Shown here: positions 1 through 11,458 of the stretch, one piece after another
How the letters are laid out: each line of letters opens with the position of its first letter
Position numbering within the stretch: position 1 is the first letter of the stretch
From: Octopus bimaculoides
Lineage: Eukaryota
Length of the DNA: 54,617 bases
Reading direction: 5' to 3'
Assembly (NCBI RefSeq): GCF_001194135.2
Contig: NC_068985.1
Coordinates: 74,722,948 to 74,777,564, forward strand
Position numbers and translations under genes: made by a program
Notes under the pieces: generated by a model
The model's database searches: none
What the model was told of the DNA's origin: nothing
The model's input: only the letters and a program-made list of their open reading frames with translations

Positions 1-32
<32 letters not shown>

Positions 33-35
<3 letters not shown>

Positions 36-110
36 AGAATTCAGCAAAAAGAAAAAAAAAGACGAAGACAGGTGGTGTAGAAAACAAACAGATATATTAG
101 TATAATACGG
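33..110 (-). mobile_element. Terminal fragment of a Penelope-like repeat (same family as 37915-38110), truncated before the hammerhead-like motif
   Basis: aaaagacgaagacaggtg(g)tgta..aaac.aca.at..attagt is shared with 37935-37980; family assignment is inferred from that longer copy. Confidence 0.5.
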
Positions 111-2099
111 ATCATTATATTAAACAGGACTAGCATCCTTTGATATATATATATATATATATATTGTGTGCAATGTACACATGTGGTTGATTTCAAAATA
201 CATATTTCAAATATATGTTCCTATTAATCCTAGTTTAATGAGCTATGCTTTTACCGGATAGTATAGTCAATTCAAGAGAATCTCAGTACATTTCTAAAGA
301 AACACAAATCTTAATATGGCTAAGTTTAAGGAGGGGATTTTATGAGACCGGGAATCAGTAGCATTTTCAAAGATATCGAAATTAAGCGAACTCTCTGATA
401 AGCTAGTATTGATTCATCTCCAAACAGAAGTATATTTTTCAACCTGTTTGAAGATATAAGGATATATGCCTAATGACGTTATAAATAATACTTTTAATAT
501 TCGAATTAAGAAAATATTGATTAGATACGTGATAAGCCGGGAAGGTGCTTCTCTTAATCGATTCTTGCAACGGAAAGACAACGTCAAGGATTTTATAATG
601 CAAGGATAATGACTATATTGGGATGTTATATTACGATGGCATAATCATAATTCACTAGAAAAATCCACATTCACAACACTTACAAAAATCGTTCAAAGTA
701 TACTTATTAATTTAGCATATATCTAATTGAATTCGTCATACAAAATCAAATTTTGTATTAGTTGTTTGTTTCGTATTAAGCAATACACAATTTCTGTATA
801 GTATACTATTTGAAACATCTGAAGTAAATTGGAAATACGTCATGTTACTTGTTACACTTTAAGCGTTCATAAAACAGCAATGAAAAGCGTTAATATATCT
901 AAAAACATAGACGTGCGTTTGAAAACCTCGAGATCAAAGTTCCGCCTCCGAAATGTTATTAAAATAATATTTTTACTTTCATTGTATTTTGTTTGATAAT
1001 ACTGTCAAACAGTATATTTCGTTTGACATTATTTTCACATAGACGATAACAAATCTCTTTTATTTATCACTATGCGTCTCGTGATTCTCCACTGATTTAA
1101 TACCTAGAAATTTATTATAATCATACGAATTACAATCAACCATGATAGTCTATTTGATAAATAAGTCTGGTTGGCGACGACCGATGTAGCCTTTTATAGT
1201 CTACTTACGCGTACTGCAAAGAAGGTAGTGAAAATATTGCAAATGAAAGCTGGCATATATATGAATCATAATTACAGCACTGTAAGGTGATATTAATTTT
1301 TAGTATGGAACTGAATCTGCTTCCTATTTAGAGTTTACCATGAACGTTTTAATCTTAATAATTAAATATATTTAAAAAATTCATAGTCATACATGAAGTA
1401 TGAAGTAGGTTTGTATTACAAATAATCAACATTTTACATAAAGCTGTTAAGTACTATATATTGAAGTACTCTCCTGTTTGGTTTTCATGGGAAAATGTCT
1501 CTGTAAGGGATCAAGGCCAATAAATTCATAACATAGATACAAAACTTGCCTTTCATCGAATATGGGAAAAATACTTCTGGTCATATTAAACGAAAATCCT
1601 AATCATGCGTCAAGCATTTGCTATCCTACATTTCTGAAAACCTTGTTAAGGTAAGTATTCCAGACGATTTAGCAGTGACAAATTACCATTTTGCTGTCGT
1701 TCATATCGAAATATCTAATGGTATTGTAGCAATAATGAAACGATTAAGAAATATTAACCTGATATGATAATAATTCTTAACATAAACAATTTAAACCTTT
1801 CAACGCAATTATTCCTCTCGTCAGTATATAATTCAATTGTCTTTGTATTGTTTTTTTATTGCTTTATATGATACTGAGTTTATGCTATTAAACGTCATGG
1901 AATAAATGTTAATTTACATTGCTTTACTTTTACGAATTCTTTTGATAAAGTCTGTCATTGAAATTCATAATACAATTAAGAATGTTTTCGCTACTGAAGA
2001 AATTAGGTGATTCTAGTTTCCTAAATAATGTCTAATATTCTTAAAATATTTCTGTTTAGCAGACGTTTACTAAAAGTCGACTGGATGAGGCGGCGTCGC

Positions 2100-2183
<84 letters not shown>
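2100..2183 (+). repeat. (AAT)28 microsatellite
   Basis: Perfect trinucleotide run; produces the poly-N, poly-L and poly-Y ORFs in the track. Confidence 0.98.
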
Positions 2184-2186
<3 letters not shown>

Positions 2187-2492
2187 CTTTCAAAATACAA
2201 AGACCTGGAAATAGAGGTAATTCGAATGTGGAATCTAACAACAGAAACAATTCCTATTATAGTAGGTGCCTTAGGTATAATAAAAAAATATTCAGACAAA
2301 TACATAACAAAAAGACCAGGACTTACAAATATATACGACATACAGAAAATTGCACTACTGGGCACTGCACACATCCTACGCAAAACACTTTCAATACAGT
2401 AACCATAAGAGCACCACAGCACATACCCAAGGCGCACAGAGCTAGGCTCGGTAGTGAAGTGAAAGCACGTTATAAAAATAAAACTACCGAAC
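2184..2492 (+). mobile_element. 5'-truncated R4/Dong-clade non-LTR retrotransposon (C-terminal restriction-like endonuclease region plus 3' UTR)
   Basis: Encodes KLSKYKDLEIEVIRMWNLTTETIPIIVGALG...QKIALLGTAHILRKTL, the typical R2/R4-group RLE C-terminus; (AAT)n on both sides. Confidence 0.88.
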
Positions 2493-2510
2493 AATAATAA
2501 TAATAATGAT

Positions 2511-2669
2511 GATGTGGAGTCTAAAAGTAAGCCATTCCTATCATAGTAGGCGCATTAAGTATGATAAAAGATATTCAGACAAATACATAACTAAAACACC
2601 AGGACTAACAAGTGTATATAACACACAGTAAATAGCACTACTAGGCACCGCACACATACTACGTAAAAC
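2511..2669 (+). mobile_element. Second, shorter and more decayed copy of the same R4/Dong 3' end
   Basis: gatgtggagtctaaaa...attcctatcatagtaggcgcatt...ctaggcaccgcacacatactacgtaaaaca aligns with 2225-2390. Confidence 0.85.
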
Positions 2670-5367
2670 ACGAATGAATTACGAATGAATTACGAATCGA
2701 GACTTAATTCCGGAGCAATATTTGGATGAAGATACGAGACCAACTGATGCTCACGTGTCTCATACACAGAAATGTGAAGGGAACAGGCCCAAATTATGGG
2801 TAGTAAGAGCTCTGCAGTTTTGGTTGACAATCTTACTAGAGATGGTGTTTTGTTGAAAATACGGTTGGTAGGTAATCTTAAAGCACAAATCTCATTGTTG
2901 AGTGAAAATATCTCATACAAATATATCAAATAACGGTATTAATGAGCTGGAACCAAAGGTGAATGCCTTTCGCCCAGTAGATACCCAGTGGTTGAGCAGT
3001 GCAGGGTTGGTCGTCATCCAGACACAGCTTGTACAAAAAACCTGAGGCACAGAAGAAGGTGGGATAAGGAAGCAAACCGAACGGTAATTGAATGCTGGAT
3101 CAGGAGTTGAAACCGAAAATATTGATTCAGTCCTTGGGCAATTCCAGACGAGATATATAACTGAAACTAACAAGATTATTTGTGCCATAATGATGAAGTG
3201 GAGTGGTTGCATGAAATCCAAGATAGGTTAAGGAATATAGAAGGCCAAGAAGACATAAATATAACTACAGAAATGATAAAACGTAGTTAGAAAATTCCTA
3301 AATTGGAAGAGCCCAGGACCGGATGAGATCCAAAATTATTGGATGAAGAAGCTGAGAGGGCTCCGTGAAAGAATAGCGTAACAGCTAGATGAGTGATTGC
3401 GGAAAGACGCAGTACCCAGCTGGATGACAAAGGGAAAAATATTGTTGTGCGCCAAGGATCCTCAAAAGGAAACGTTGCATCCAACCTTAGACCAATAACG
3501 TGCCTTCCGCTAACGTGGAAACAAATGTCAAGTGTGTTGGCCGGTGAACTGTATAGACATCATGAAAACAGAGGGCTGTTACCTACTGAACAGAAGGCAG
3601 CCTAAAGTGGAGCCACGGAAATAAGAATCAGCTCTTAATTGATAATCTAATTATCAGGAGCTGCAAGAGAAGTCGCACAAATCTGAGCATGGCATGGGCT
3701 GACTATCGTAAAGCATACGATATGATACCACACTCCTGGATAATAAAAGCATTGGAAATGTATGGAGTAGCAGAAAATATGAGAAGCCTAACATGGAATA
3801 TCATGAAATGCTGGAAAACGGAATTGACAGCAGGGAATCAAGTATTAAGGGAGTGGAAAATCAAGATAGGTATCGTCCAAGGAGACAGTGTGTTCCCACT
3901 GATATTCGTGCTGGGAATGATCCCCTTGAGTGAAATACTACAGAAAACACAGTCGGAGTATTATCTGGGGAGAGAAAAGGGAAAACGGAACCACTTGTTA
4001 TTCATGGACCTGAAGCTATTCACAAAAACTGAGGCCGAACTACACAGCGTAGTCCAGTTTGTGCAGATTTTCTCCAATGATATTAAGATGGAGTTTGCCA
4101 AGTGGTGAAATGATACAGGCAATTCAACCCAAAATCCAGTTATAAATACCTAGCAATATTTGAGGATATTTGAGGCAAATGGAATCAAGCTCAATGACAG
4201 GAAAAGACAAAAAGAACGTACCTGCAGCAGGTGAGAAAATATTGGCTTCAAAGCTAAATGCCAGAAACATAATTTCGGCAATAAAACTCGTGCGCACTCG
4301 CAGTAGATAGGTATGGCGGTGAAATCTTGAAGTGGGTACAAGATGAAGTAAAGGAGATGGACAGGAAGTCAAGAAAGCTTCTAACGATTCAGGGAGTCCA
4401 TCACCCACGTGCGGACACTGATCGCCTATACATGAAGAGAGCAAATGGAGAAAGAGGACTGGTAAGCGTGCAAGACAGCGTGCATTTCGAACTCGAGAGC
4501 TTAAAGTGCTACCTAGCCCAAAGTAAGGAAACCTCGCAAGTGACAGTTAGGAACGAGGGTGTATTGAAAGCAGAGAAAAAGGGGAAAAAAAAGGAAGAGG
4601 TGAAAAAAGACATGAAGAAGAATCACACAAGAAGGGCCTACACAATCAATTCCATGCAGCCACAACGGAAGTTGTTGGAAAATATAGGTGGGATTGGTTT
4701 ATGAAAGGAACACCACAACAAAGAGACCGAGAACACTATACTGCAGCGCAAGACCAAGCTCTGACCACAAAGTGAAGGGTCAAGCTTTGCTGCATCTGCA
4801 AGCACGAACGAATGGCTTCGACTTGCCCAAAGCCACTACAAATTGTGGCAACACGATCAGGAAGAGAAAGTGCTATATTGAAAACTGTGCGAAAACTGGG
4901 AGCTCGAGAGGGGTAAGACGTGGTATGAACAGAGACCTCAGCGAGTGGAGGGTCGGGGACTGGCAACATCCACTCAGATTTCCCAATCCAAACAGACCAG
5001 ACGTAGTGGTGGTGGACAAGATGCACCACATATGTTATATGGCCCTTTGACCTATGAATAGTGAAGAAGGAATGCAAAAAGATAGATACATACAACCCTC
5101 TTAAGTGCGAAATAGCCCCTGATTATGGAAAATGAGGAAGTGAAGATAGTGTCAATTATTGCTGGGTCCTTGAGAACAGTATCAGTACGAAGGGGAATAC
5201 AAATAAAATTGAAATAGAGTGCCCAGTAAAACTGTTAGAAAGGTACTCAGGAAAGTATTCGATAGCAGAAAAGAATGGATAGCATGGCACAGCAGGCTGC
5301 AGGTGGCAAACCCGCTACACATGTAAGAATCCAGGAGCTCCAAAAAAATCTGTCTCAAAGAGAAATG
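2670..5367 (+). mobile_element. Decayed, internally deleted R4/Dong-clade retrotransposon (N-terminal region, RT, RLE nuclease), a different subfamily from copies 1 and 2
   Basis: RRWDKEANRTVIECWIRS (about 3050-3110); NWKSPGPDEIQNYWMKKL (RT domain 0); LRPITCLPLTWK; DYRKAYDMIPHSW; GIVQGDSVFPLIF; HLLFMD-LKLF; PNRPDVVVVDK; ends in an (ATA)n tail; many stops and frameshifts. Confidence 0.9.
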
Positions 5368-5426
<59 letters not shown>

Positions 5427-5466
5427 CAGGATGGTGATCATGTTCATGATCGTGATGATAACATAA
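5368..5466 (+). repeat. (ATA)n grading into (ATG)n compound microsatellite; 3' tail or target of the R4/Dong element
   Basis: Seen directly. Confidence 0.95.
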
Positions 5467-6149
5467 TAATTTCTTAATAATCGCTCGTTCAATTGCGTCT
5501 TTAAAAGAGTAATATTTCTAACTGAGACTAATTGAAAATAATCTTCTGTACAGTTTCTATGCCTTCAGAAATAACGTTATCAATAAATTATTACGTTTCT
5601 ACTTCGTTGAGCTTATTCTTTTATATATTTAAACTTATTTTTCTATCATTTGTAGAAATCTAATAAACAAAAGATTACTATGTTGACAGTAATTATATTT
5701 CGCAAACATTTACATCATGTAACTAAAATAAATGATATAATTACTGTATATGTGAACGATACATGGTGGCTTAATTTCTTTCTATCTGTGTACTATCCAA
5801 TAACATTCTTCAGCACAATGAAGTAGTTACAAATACAGTGCGTAATTGTATTTTATCATGAATACATCTTTGCATGCGAGAAATGCGAGACGTTTTGCTA
5901 AATATATATTACGTCTGAAGATATATTTACGAATGTCTACCAGGTATTCATAAAAAATATATTGTTATTCTTCATATGCAGGTAGTAATATGGATGAGGA
6001 TTACGTAGATTAGTTGCAATAACAAGAAACAACTGAAAAAGTTGTACTTCAAAAAAGCATAATTGCTTCAGCAATGTTAATGGTGATATCCAACTAACGA
6101 GAAAAGAATATTAATATTTAAATAATATATGTGCGTGTATGTGTGCGTG

Positions 6150-6815
6150 TATAGTGGTTGTCTACTCCTTATGCAGAGTCTGACCTCCTCCTGTACCTAC
6201 TGCTTAAATCCATCATGGCGTCTGATGTGACATTTTAAACCAGAAAAGACACCTGCATAGAATGCATATCCGATTTGGTCTACCAAGAGCAGAAGTTAAG
6301 TTCAGATCTTTGTAGACCTTAAAATGTCTTTTGAAGTCACCGTTAGATTTTCAGACCTTTTGGCATACATGGCATTGAAAAGTGTGCACAGACATATAGG
6401 TAGAATAGTTGGTGGAGGTTCGTTTCTTATAGGCTCGGAAATGGGATTTGATTCCAGCAAAATTTAGGCATGGTCTGTCGAAAACTGTGCACACAAAAAG
6501 TTCATTGTGTTTTACCTCACCATCGTAACATACTTTTTAAAATCTCTCGAGTCTTGCATGCGTTATTCTGCCCTCTTCAAACGCTTTCATTCCACTCCAC
6601 TCTTTTGTACACGACCCAGCTCGATCCGCAGCAAGGGTTTCTATGTACTTTGGTTCCATTCCAAGTGACTTAACTGTAGTCTATATGCCGTCCTTAAACC
6701 TCTGTTTAGGTTTACACCGATAGCGTTTCCTCTCTGCAAGCTCACCATAAAACAATTGTCTGACTGCGTTCATCTGCCATTCGAACAAAATGGCCAAATC
6801 ATCTCATATCTTTTT
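6150..6815 (-). mobile_element. 3' end of an RTE-clade LINE with a C-terminal C2H2 zinc-finger array
   Basis: Minus-strand frames give HLVRM, FYGELAEGKRYRCKPKQRFKD, LAADRAG, KAFEEGRITHARLER (typical RTE C-terminus), then three C-x2-C...H-x3-H-like units; microsatellite-like tail at about 6125-6150. Confidence 0.8.
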
Positions 6816-6902
6816 GGTTTTTCTTCAAAATCATTGTTTTATTTGAAGTAATGCCTGCAGACGCAAATCAGTAAAAGTAATAAAAGAACTCCATTTAATG
6901 AT

Positions 6903-6934
<32 letters not shown>

Positions 6935-7563
6935 TCCATGGGTTTTATACTAAGATAATGATAACAGCAAAGAATGATAATTTATTAAAATATTACTGAA
7001 TATATCAGTGAAGGAGCTTGAAAAGATTCCTAGGAGCAAGGATTTCTGGAGGGAGTTCCCTTAGCCCAATAATATGGCACAGTAATAATATAAAATGAAA
7101 TAATAGCAATGATAACCTCCCAGCGGCAACAAAAATAATTTACCTATCGGGGATAATCACTAAAATAAAGAAACATCGAAAAATAAATTAATAATTAAAT
7201 TAATAAATAAATTAATAAATAAACAAATTAATCTAGTAGACATTCACAGGAGAGCGATAGCAATTGGAAAGATTAAGGAATTACCTCCCCTGTATATAGT
7301 AAACAAAATGAAGGCAGCGTGGTTATAGTCAGGTATTTTAATCTGTTATGATCGTTAATTGTGTTATTTGTGTTTTTCGTAATTTGTTCTGATGGAAGCC
7401 ATTCCTGAGGAAGTGCCAAACATCAGACATCCAACGGATCAGTCGCTGGATAGAGTTTGGGCACAGAAATGTTGACATCGAATGGTAAAGAATTAAATAA
7501 ATGGAATATAGATCCGTCGTGTTGTGAGTCTCTACATTTTTAAACATACAAATTTGAAACCTT

Positions 7564-7594
<31 letters not shown>

Positions 7595-9284
7595 NNNNNN
7601 NNNNNNNNNNNNNNNNNNNNNNNNNNNNNNNNNNNNNNNNNNNNNNNNNNNNNNNNNNNNNNNNNNNNNNNNNNNNNNNNNNNNNNNNNNNNNNNNNNNN
7701 NNNNNNNNNNNNNNNNNNNNNNNNNNNNNNNNNNNNNNNNNNNNNNNNNNNNNNNNNNNNNNNNNNNNNNNNNNNNNNNNNNNNNNNNNNNNNNNNNNNN
7801 NNNNNNNNNNNNNNNNNNNNNNNNNNNNNNNNNNNNNNNNNNNNNNNNNNNNNNNNNNNNNNNNNNNNNNNNNNNNNNNNNNNNNNNNNNNNNNNNNNNN
7901 NNNNNNNNNNNNNNNNNNNNNNNNNNNNNNNNNNNNNNNNNNNNNNNNNNNNNNNNNNNNNNNNNNNNNNNNNNNNNNNNNNNNNNNNNNNNNNNNNNNN
8001 NNNNNNNNNNNTATATATATATATATATATATATTAGCGACCATGAACGTAGTCACAATACCACGCCTATGTGCATATATGTGCTGTCAGCGTGGTTATC
8101 TGTGTATCATTGCGCATTTCTGTAGGAGTGGTTAGGTTTTATTAAAACACTCTGTCTAATGCATTATGCGGTGCAGCATCGACGATTATTCAGTACTCTT
8201 TAAAAAAAGTGTTTGCATCCGCGAGAAAGTTAAGTTCGACCAATCTGTACATTTTCTATTGACCTTCCTTTATCATTATATCTGGTTTATTTATATAGTT
8301 CAATAATGTTTTTCATGAGAATATCAGATTGGTATCCTTTCATAATATTAGAGAGCAAACTACCTTTTGGTTTATCCGCAAAGAAACTAATATAAATAGG
8401 AAAGTATTGTAGTTCGTTTGTAAAATATAATGTGTCTTCAATGGCACAACAATTCACTACAATAGCAACAATGGACTATAATGACTGTCATAATTTAATT
8501 ATAGATAGTTTATGATTTTTCTGATTAACGTATGTATGTATTTCAGCGATCGTCGAAGGGTAAGTCTAAGAACTTGGGTAGACGTATGTTCCTGATGCTA
8601 TTTGGAATTATGTTGATTTTGAGCAGCGTTTAAGAAAGTTTATTTGGCATCCGACTTTAGCACGTTTCTCCGATAGCTTGATTACCCCTCGAGGATCACT
8701 GAAATACATACATACGTTCTTTATCAGAAAAATCATACATTATGAATAGTTAAATTATAACAGTTATTGTAGTCTGTTGTTGTTATTATTGTGCATTGTT
8801 GTGCCATGCAAGACATTATGTTATAATATAAATAGCACTCAATGTTAAATATTTTCACAAAACAAAAAAATTACCTGCTGTCAACTATTTGAGGTGACAT
8901 ATGCGAAAGAACTATTATTAATATTTTTAGTTTTTGAAATGATAGATTCATCAGCGTTTGACATGTTTTGTACAACTCCATTTAATAGAGAAATACACAT
9001 AGTCCATATTATCAGGTACATATCCAATATTTTAACTGAGAAGGAAAACTTAGTACTAATTCATTTTATAATAAGGCGTCTGAAGAAGAATTGCTTTTCA
9101 AGGAAAACTAAAATATATTTATAATCAGAAAAGAAACAAAGGTGTCTATTTAAACTCCGCTTGAGACCTTTTCAGTCATCCAACTTAGTAAGGAATTTTG
9201 TAACTTTTTCTGAACAAATATTTCAAATAAAACATATGCATATTACTTACATGCATATATGATACAAGTGTACGTGAACATATA

Positions 9285-10449
9285 CAGCGGTTGGACAAAA
9301 TAATAGAAACACCTAGCACCATAGCATCTTATTTTGAAATATCTATAAAACCGTCGAAAGCTAGTTTATTTTTATGTTTTTTTTAATTTATTATCAGTGA
9401 TGCTTATTATGTTTTGCAAAAACTGCTGCTTCTTCTCAGAAATCATCAGAAAAACGTAATTAAAATACATTAAAATGATAGATCTATCCGACTTTTGAAG
9501 AGGTCAAATTGTTGATGCTGGTAGGGCAGACGCTAGCGCAACGATAACAGCCGAAATGTTTGGTGTATTAAGAAGTACTGCCTGGAAAGGAATGGCAGCC
9601 TTTGAGAAAGAGGGCAAAACCTCCTCATCGAAACAAAAATCCAGAAGAAAACCAAACATTTCTGATTGGGATCGTCGGACTCTTAAGCAAATTATTAGAA
9701 AGGATCAGAAAAGTACAGCTCCCAAAATTACTGCAGAGCTTAATGACCACCTCGAGAACCGAGTTTCCAGAAACAATTGTTCCCCGGGAGCTGCACAAAG
9801 CCGGATATCACGGGAGAGCTGCAATCAGAAAGTTACTACTTTCAAAACAAACCTTACAAAGCGTTCAGAGTGCAGTAAAAACCTACAGAATTGCTCCCTA
9901 GGACAGTGGAATAATGTTATTTTCTCGGAAAAGTCATCATTTGCCTTATTTCCGAACACCGGCCGTGTATACGTGTGGAGACAGCCAAAAGAAGCATGTA
10001 ACCCAGACTGCTATCTTCCAACTGGAGGAGGATCTGGGATGAACTGGGGGACGGTTTCCGGAGGGAAACGCAATCATTTAGGATGATAATGCAACAATTC
10101 ATACAGCTAAAATTGTTACTGAATAGCACGAGGAACATTCTAGTGAAGTTGAACATCTCTCCTGGCCACCACAGTCTCCAAATCTTAATATTATTGAATA
10201 TTTATGGCGCATTTTAGAAAAAAAAACAAGTAAGGAGTCGATATACTGCACCATCATCACTACAAGAACTGGAGACTGCTTTAGCTGAAGAATGGACAAA
10301 TCTGCCTTTAGAAACAATTCAATCTTAACTTTGTACGAGTCCATACCTCGTAGAATTCAAGCTGTAATTACTGCCAAAGGCGGTACTACCTCATTGAAAT
10401 GAATGTGTTTGACATATTAAGGTGTTTCCTTTATTTTCTCCAGCCCCTG
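9285..10449 (+). mobile_element. Tc1-family DNA transposon, decayed and internally deleted
   Basis: TIRs CAGCGGTTGGACAAAATAATAGAAACACCT / AGGTGTTTCCTTTTATTTTCTCCAGCCCCTG with TA on both sides; transposase motifs DLSDF.RGQIV, W..VIFSEKSSF, GGGSGMNWG, DDNATIH, WPPQSPNLNIIEYLW. Confidence 0.93.
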
Positions 10450-10482
<33 letters not shown>

Positions 10483-10734
10483 ATGTATATATTACGGAGG
10501 GGGATGTACTTGCATATCAAGTGACCTGATCCGAGATCGTATGCTGAAACTAAAACAATTGCAGCGTGGGAGGTGTTTATAAGCCATTTGAAAACACCTT
10601 CTACGCTGCAATTGTTGTTTATATATGTGTGTGTTGTTTATATGTGTGTGTGTTGTTTATAAGTGCGTGTGTGCGCGCGTGTGTGTGCGCGCGCCTATGT
10701 GCATGCATGTGCGTGTACGTGTGTGTGTGTGTGT

Positions 10735-11076
10735 GGAAGTGCAATGGCCTTGTGGTTAGGACAGCGGACACGCGGTCGTAGGATCCCTTTATCGATTTTC
10801 AGACCGGGCGTTGTGAGTGTTTATTAAGCGAAAACACTTGAAGCTCCATGAGGATCGGGCAGGGGTGGTGGCGAAACCTGGTGTACCCTTTCACCACTAC
10901 TTTTTCTCACTCTTCCTTTCTGTTTCTCTTGTACCTTTTTTTTTTCAAAGGGCTAGCCTTGTTACATTCTGTGTCAAGCTAATTCTACCCGAGAACTACG
11001 TTAAGAGTTCACGTGTCTGTGGAGTGCTCAACCACTTGCACGTTAATTTCACGAGCAGTCTGTTCTGCAGACCTGA
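10735..11076 (+). mobile_element. tRNA-derived SINE
   Basis: A-box-like TGGCCTTGTGG head; 3' body (caaagggctagcc...cacgttaatttcacgagca) shared with the SINE at 25540-25860. Confidence 0.8.
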
Positions 11077-11349
11077 GTGACATGTCACACACACACACAC
11101 ATATATNNNNNNNNNNNNNNNNNNNNNNNNNNNNNNNNNNNNNNNNNNNNNNNNNNNNNNNNNNNNNNNNNNNNNNNNNNNNNNNNNNNNNNNNNNNNNN
11201 NNNNNNNNNNNNNNNNNNNNNNNNNNNNNNNNNNNNNNNNNNNNNNNNNNNNNNNNNNNNNNNNNNNNNNNNNNNNNNNNNNNNNNNNNNNNNNNNNNNN
11301 NNNNNNNNNNNNNNNNNATGTATATGTACGTATATACATGTAGGTATAT

Positions 11350-11458
11350 ATGTAACTATGTATTTAAGAAAATGATTAGAGATAGGTTTTGGTGGGATAA
11401 TTTTTATTTTAATGATAATGTTAACAGTTATGTTAGAGTTTCGAGCTTTTCTAACTCT
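11350..11458. repeat. Outer part of the left arm of a diverged inverted repeat
   Basis: Reverse complement gaaaagctcgaaactc...cattatcattaaaataaaaattatc...atctctaatcatttt aligns with 14292-14395. Confidence 0.8.

Noticed and set aside
2021-2494. ORFs with poly-L, poly-N and poly-Y runs
   Set aside because: Translations of the (AAT)28 microsatellite fused to a retrotransposon end; not genes
7524-8135. Long ORFs spanning N-gaps (also at 11013, 14420, 27655, 32938 and 37228-37808)
   Set aside because: Open only because N codons cannot be stops; flanks are (TA)n/(CA)n
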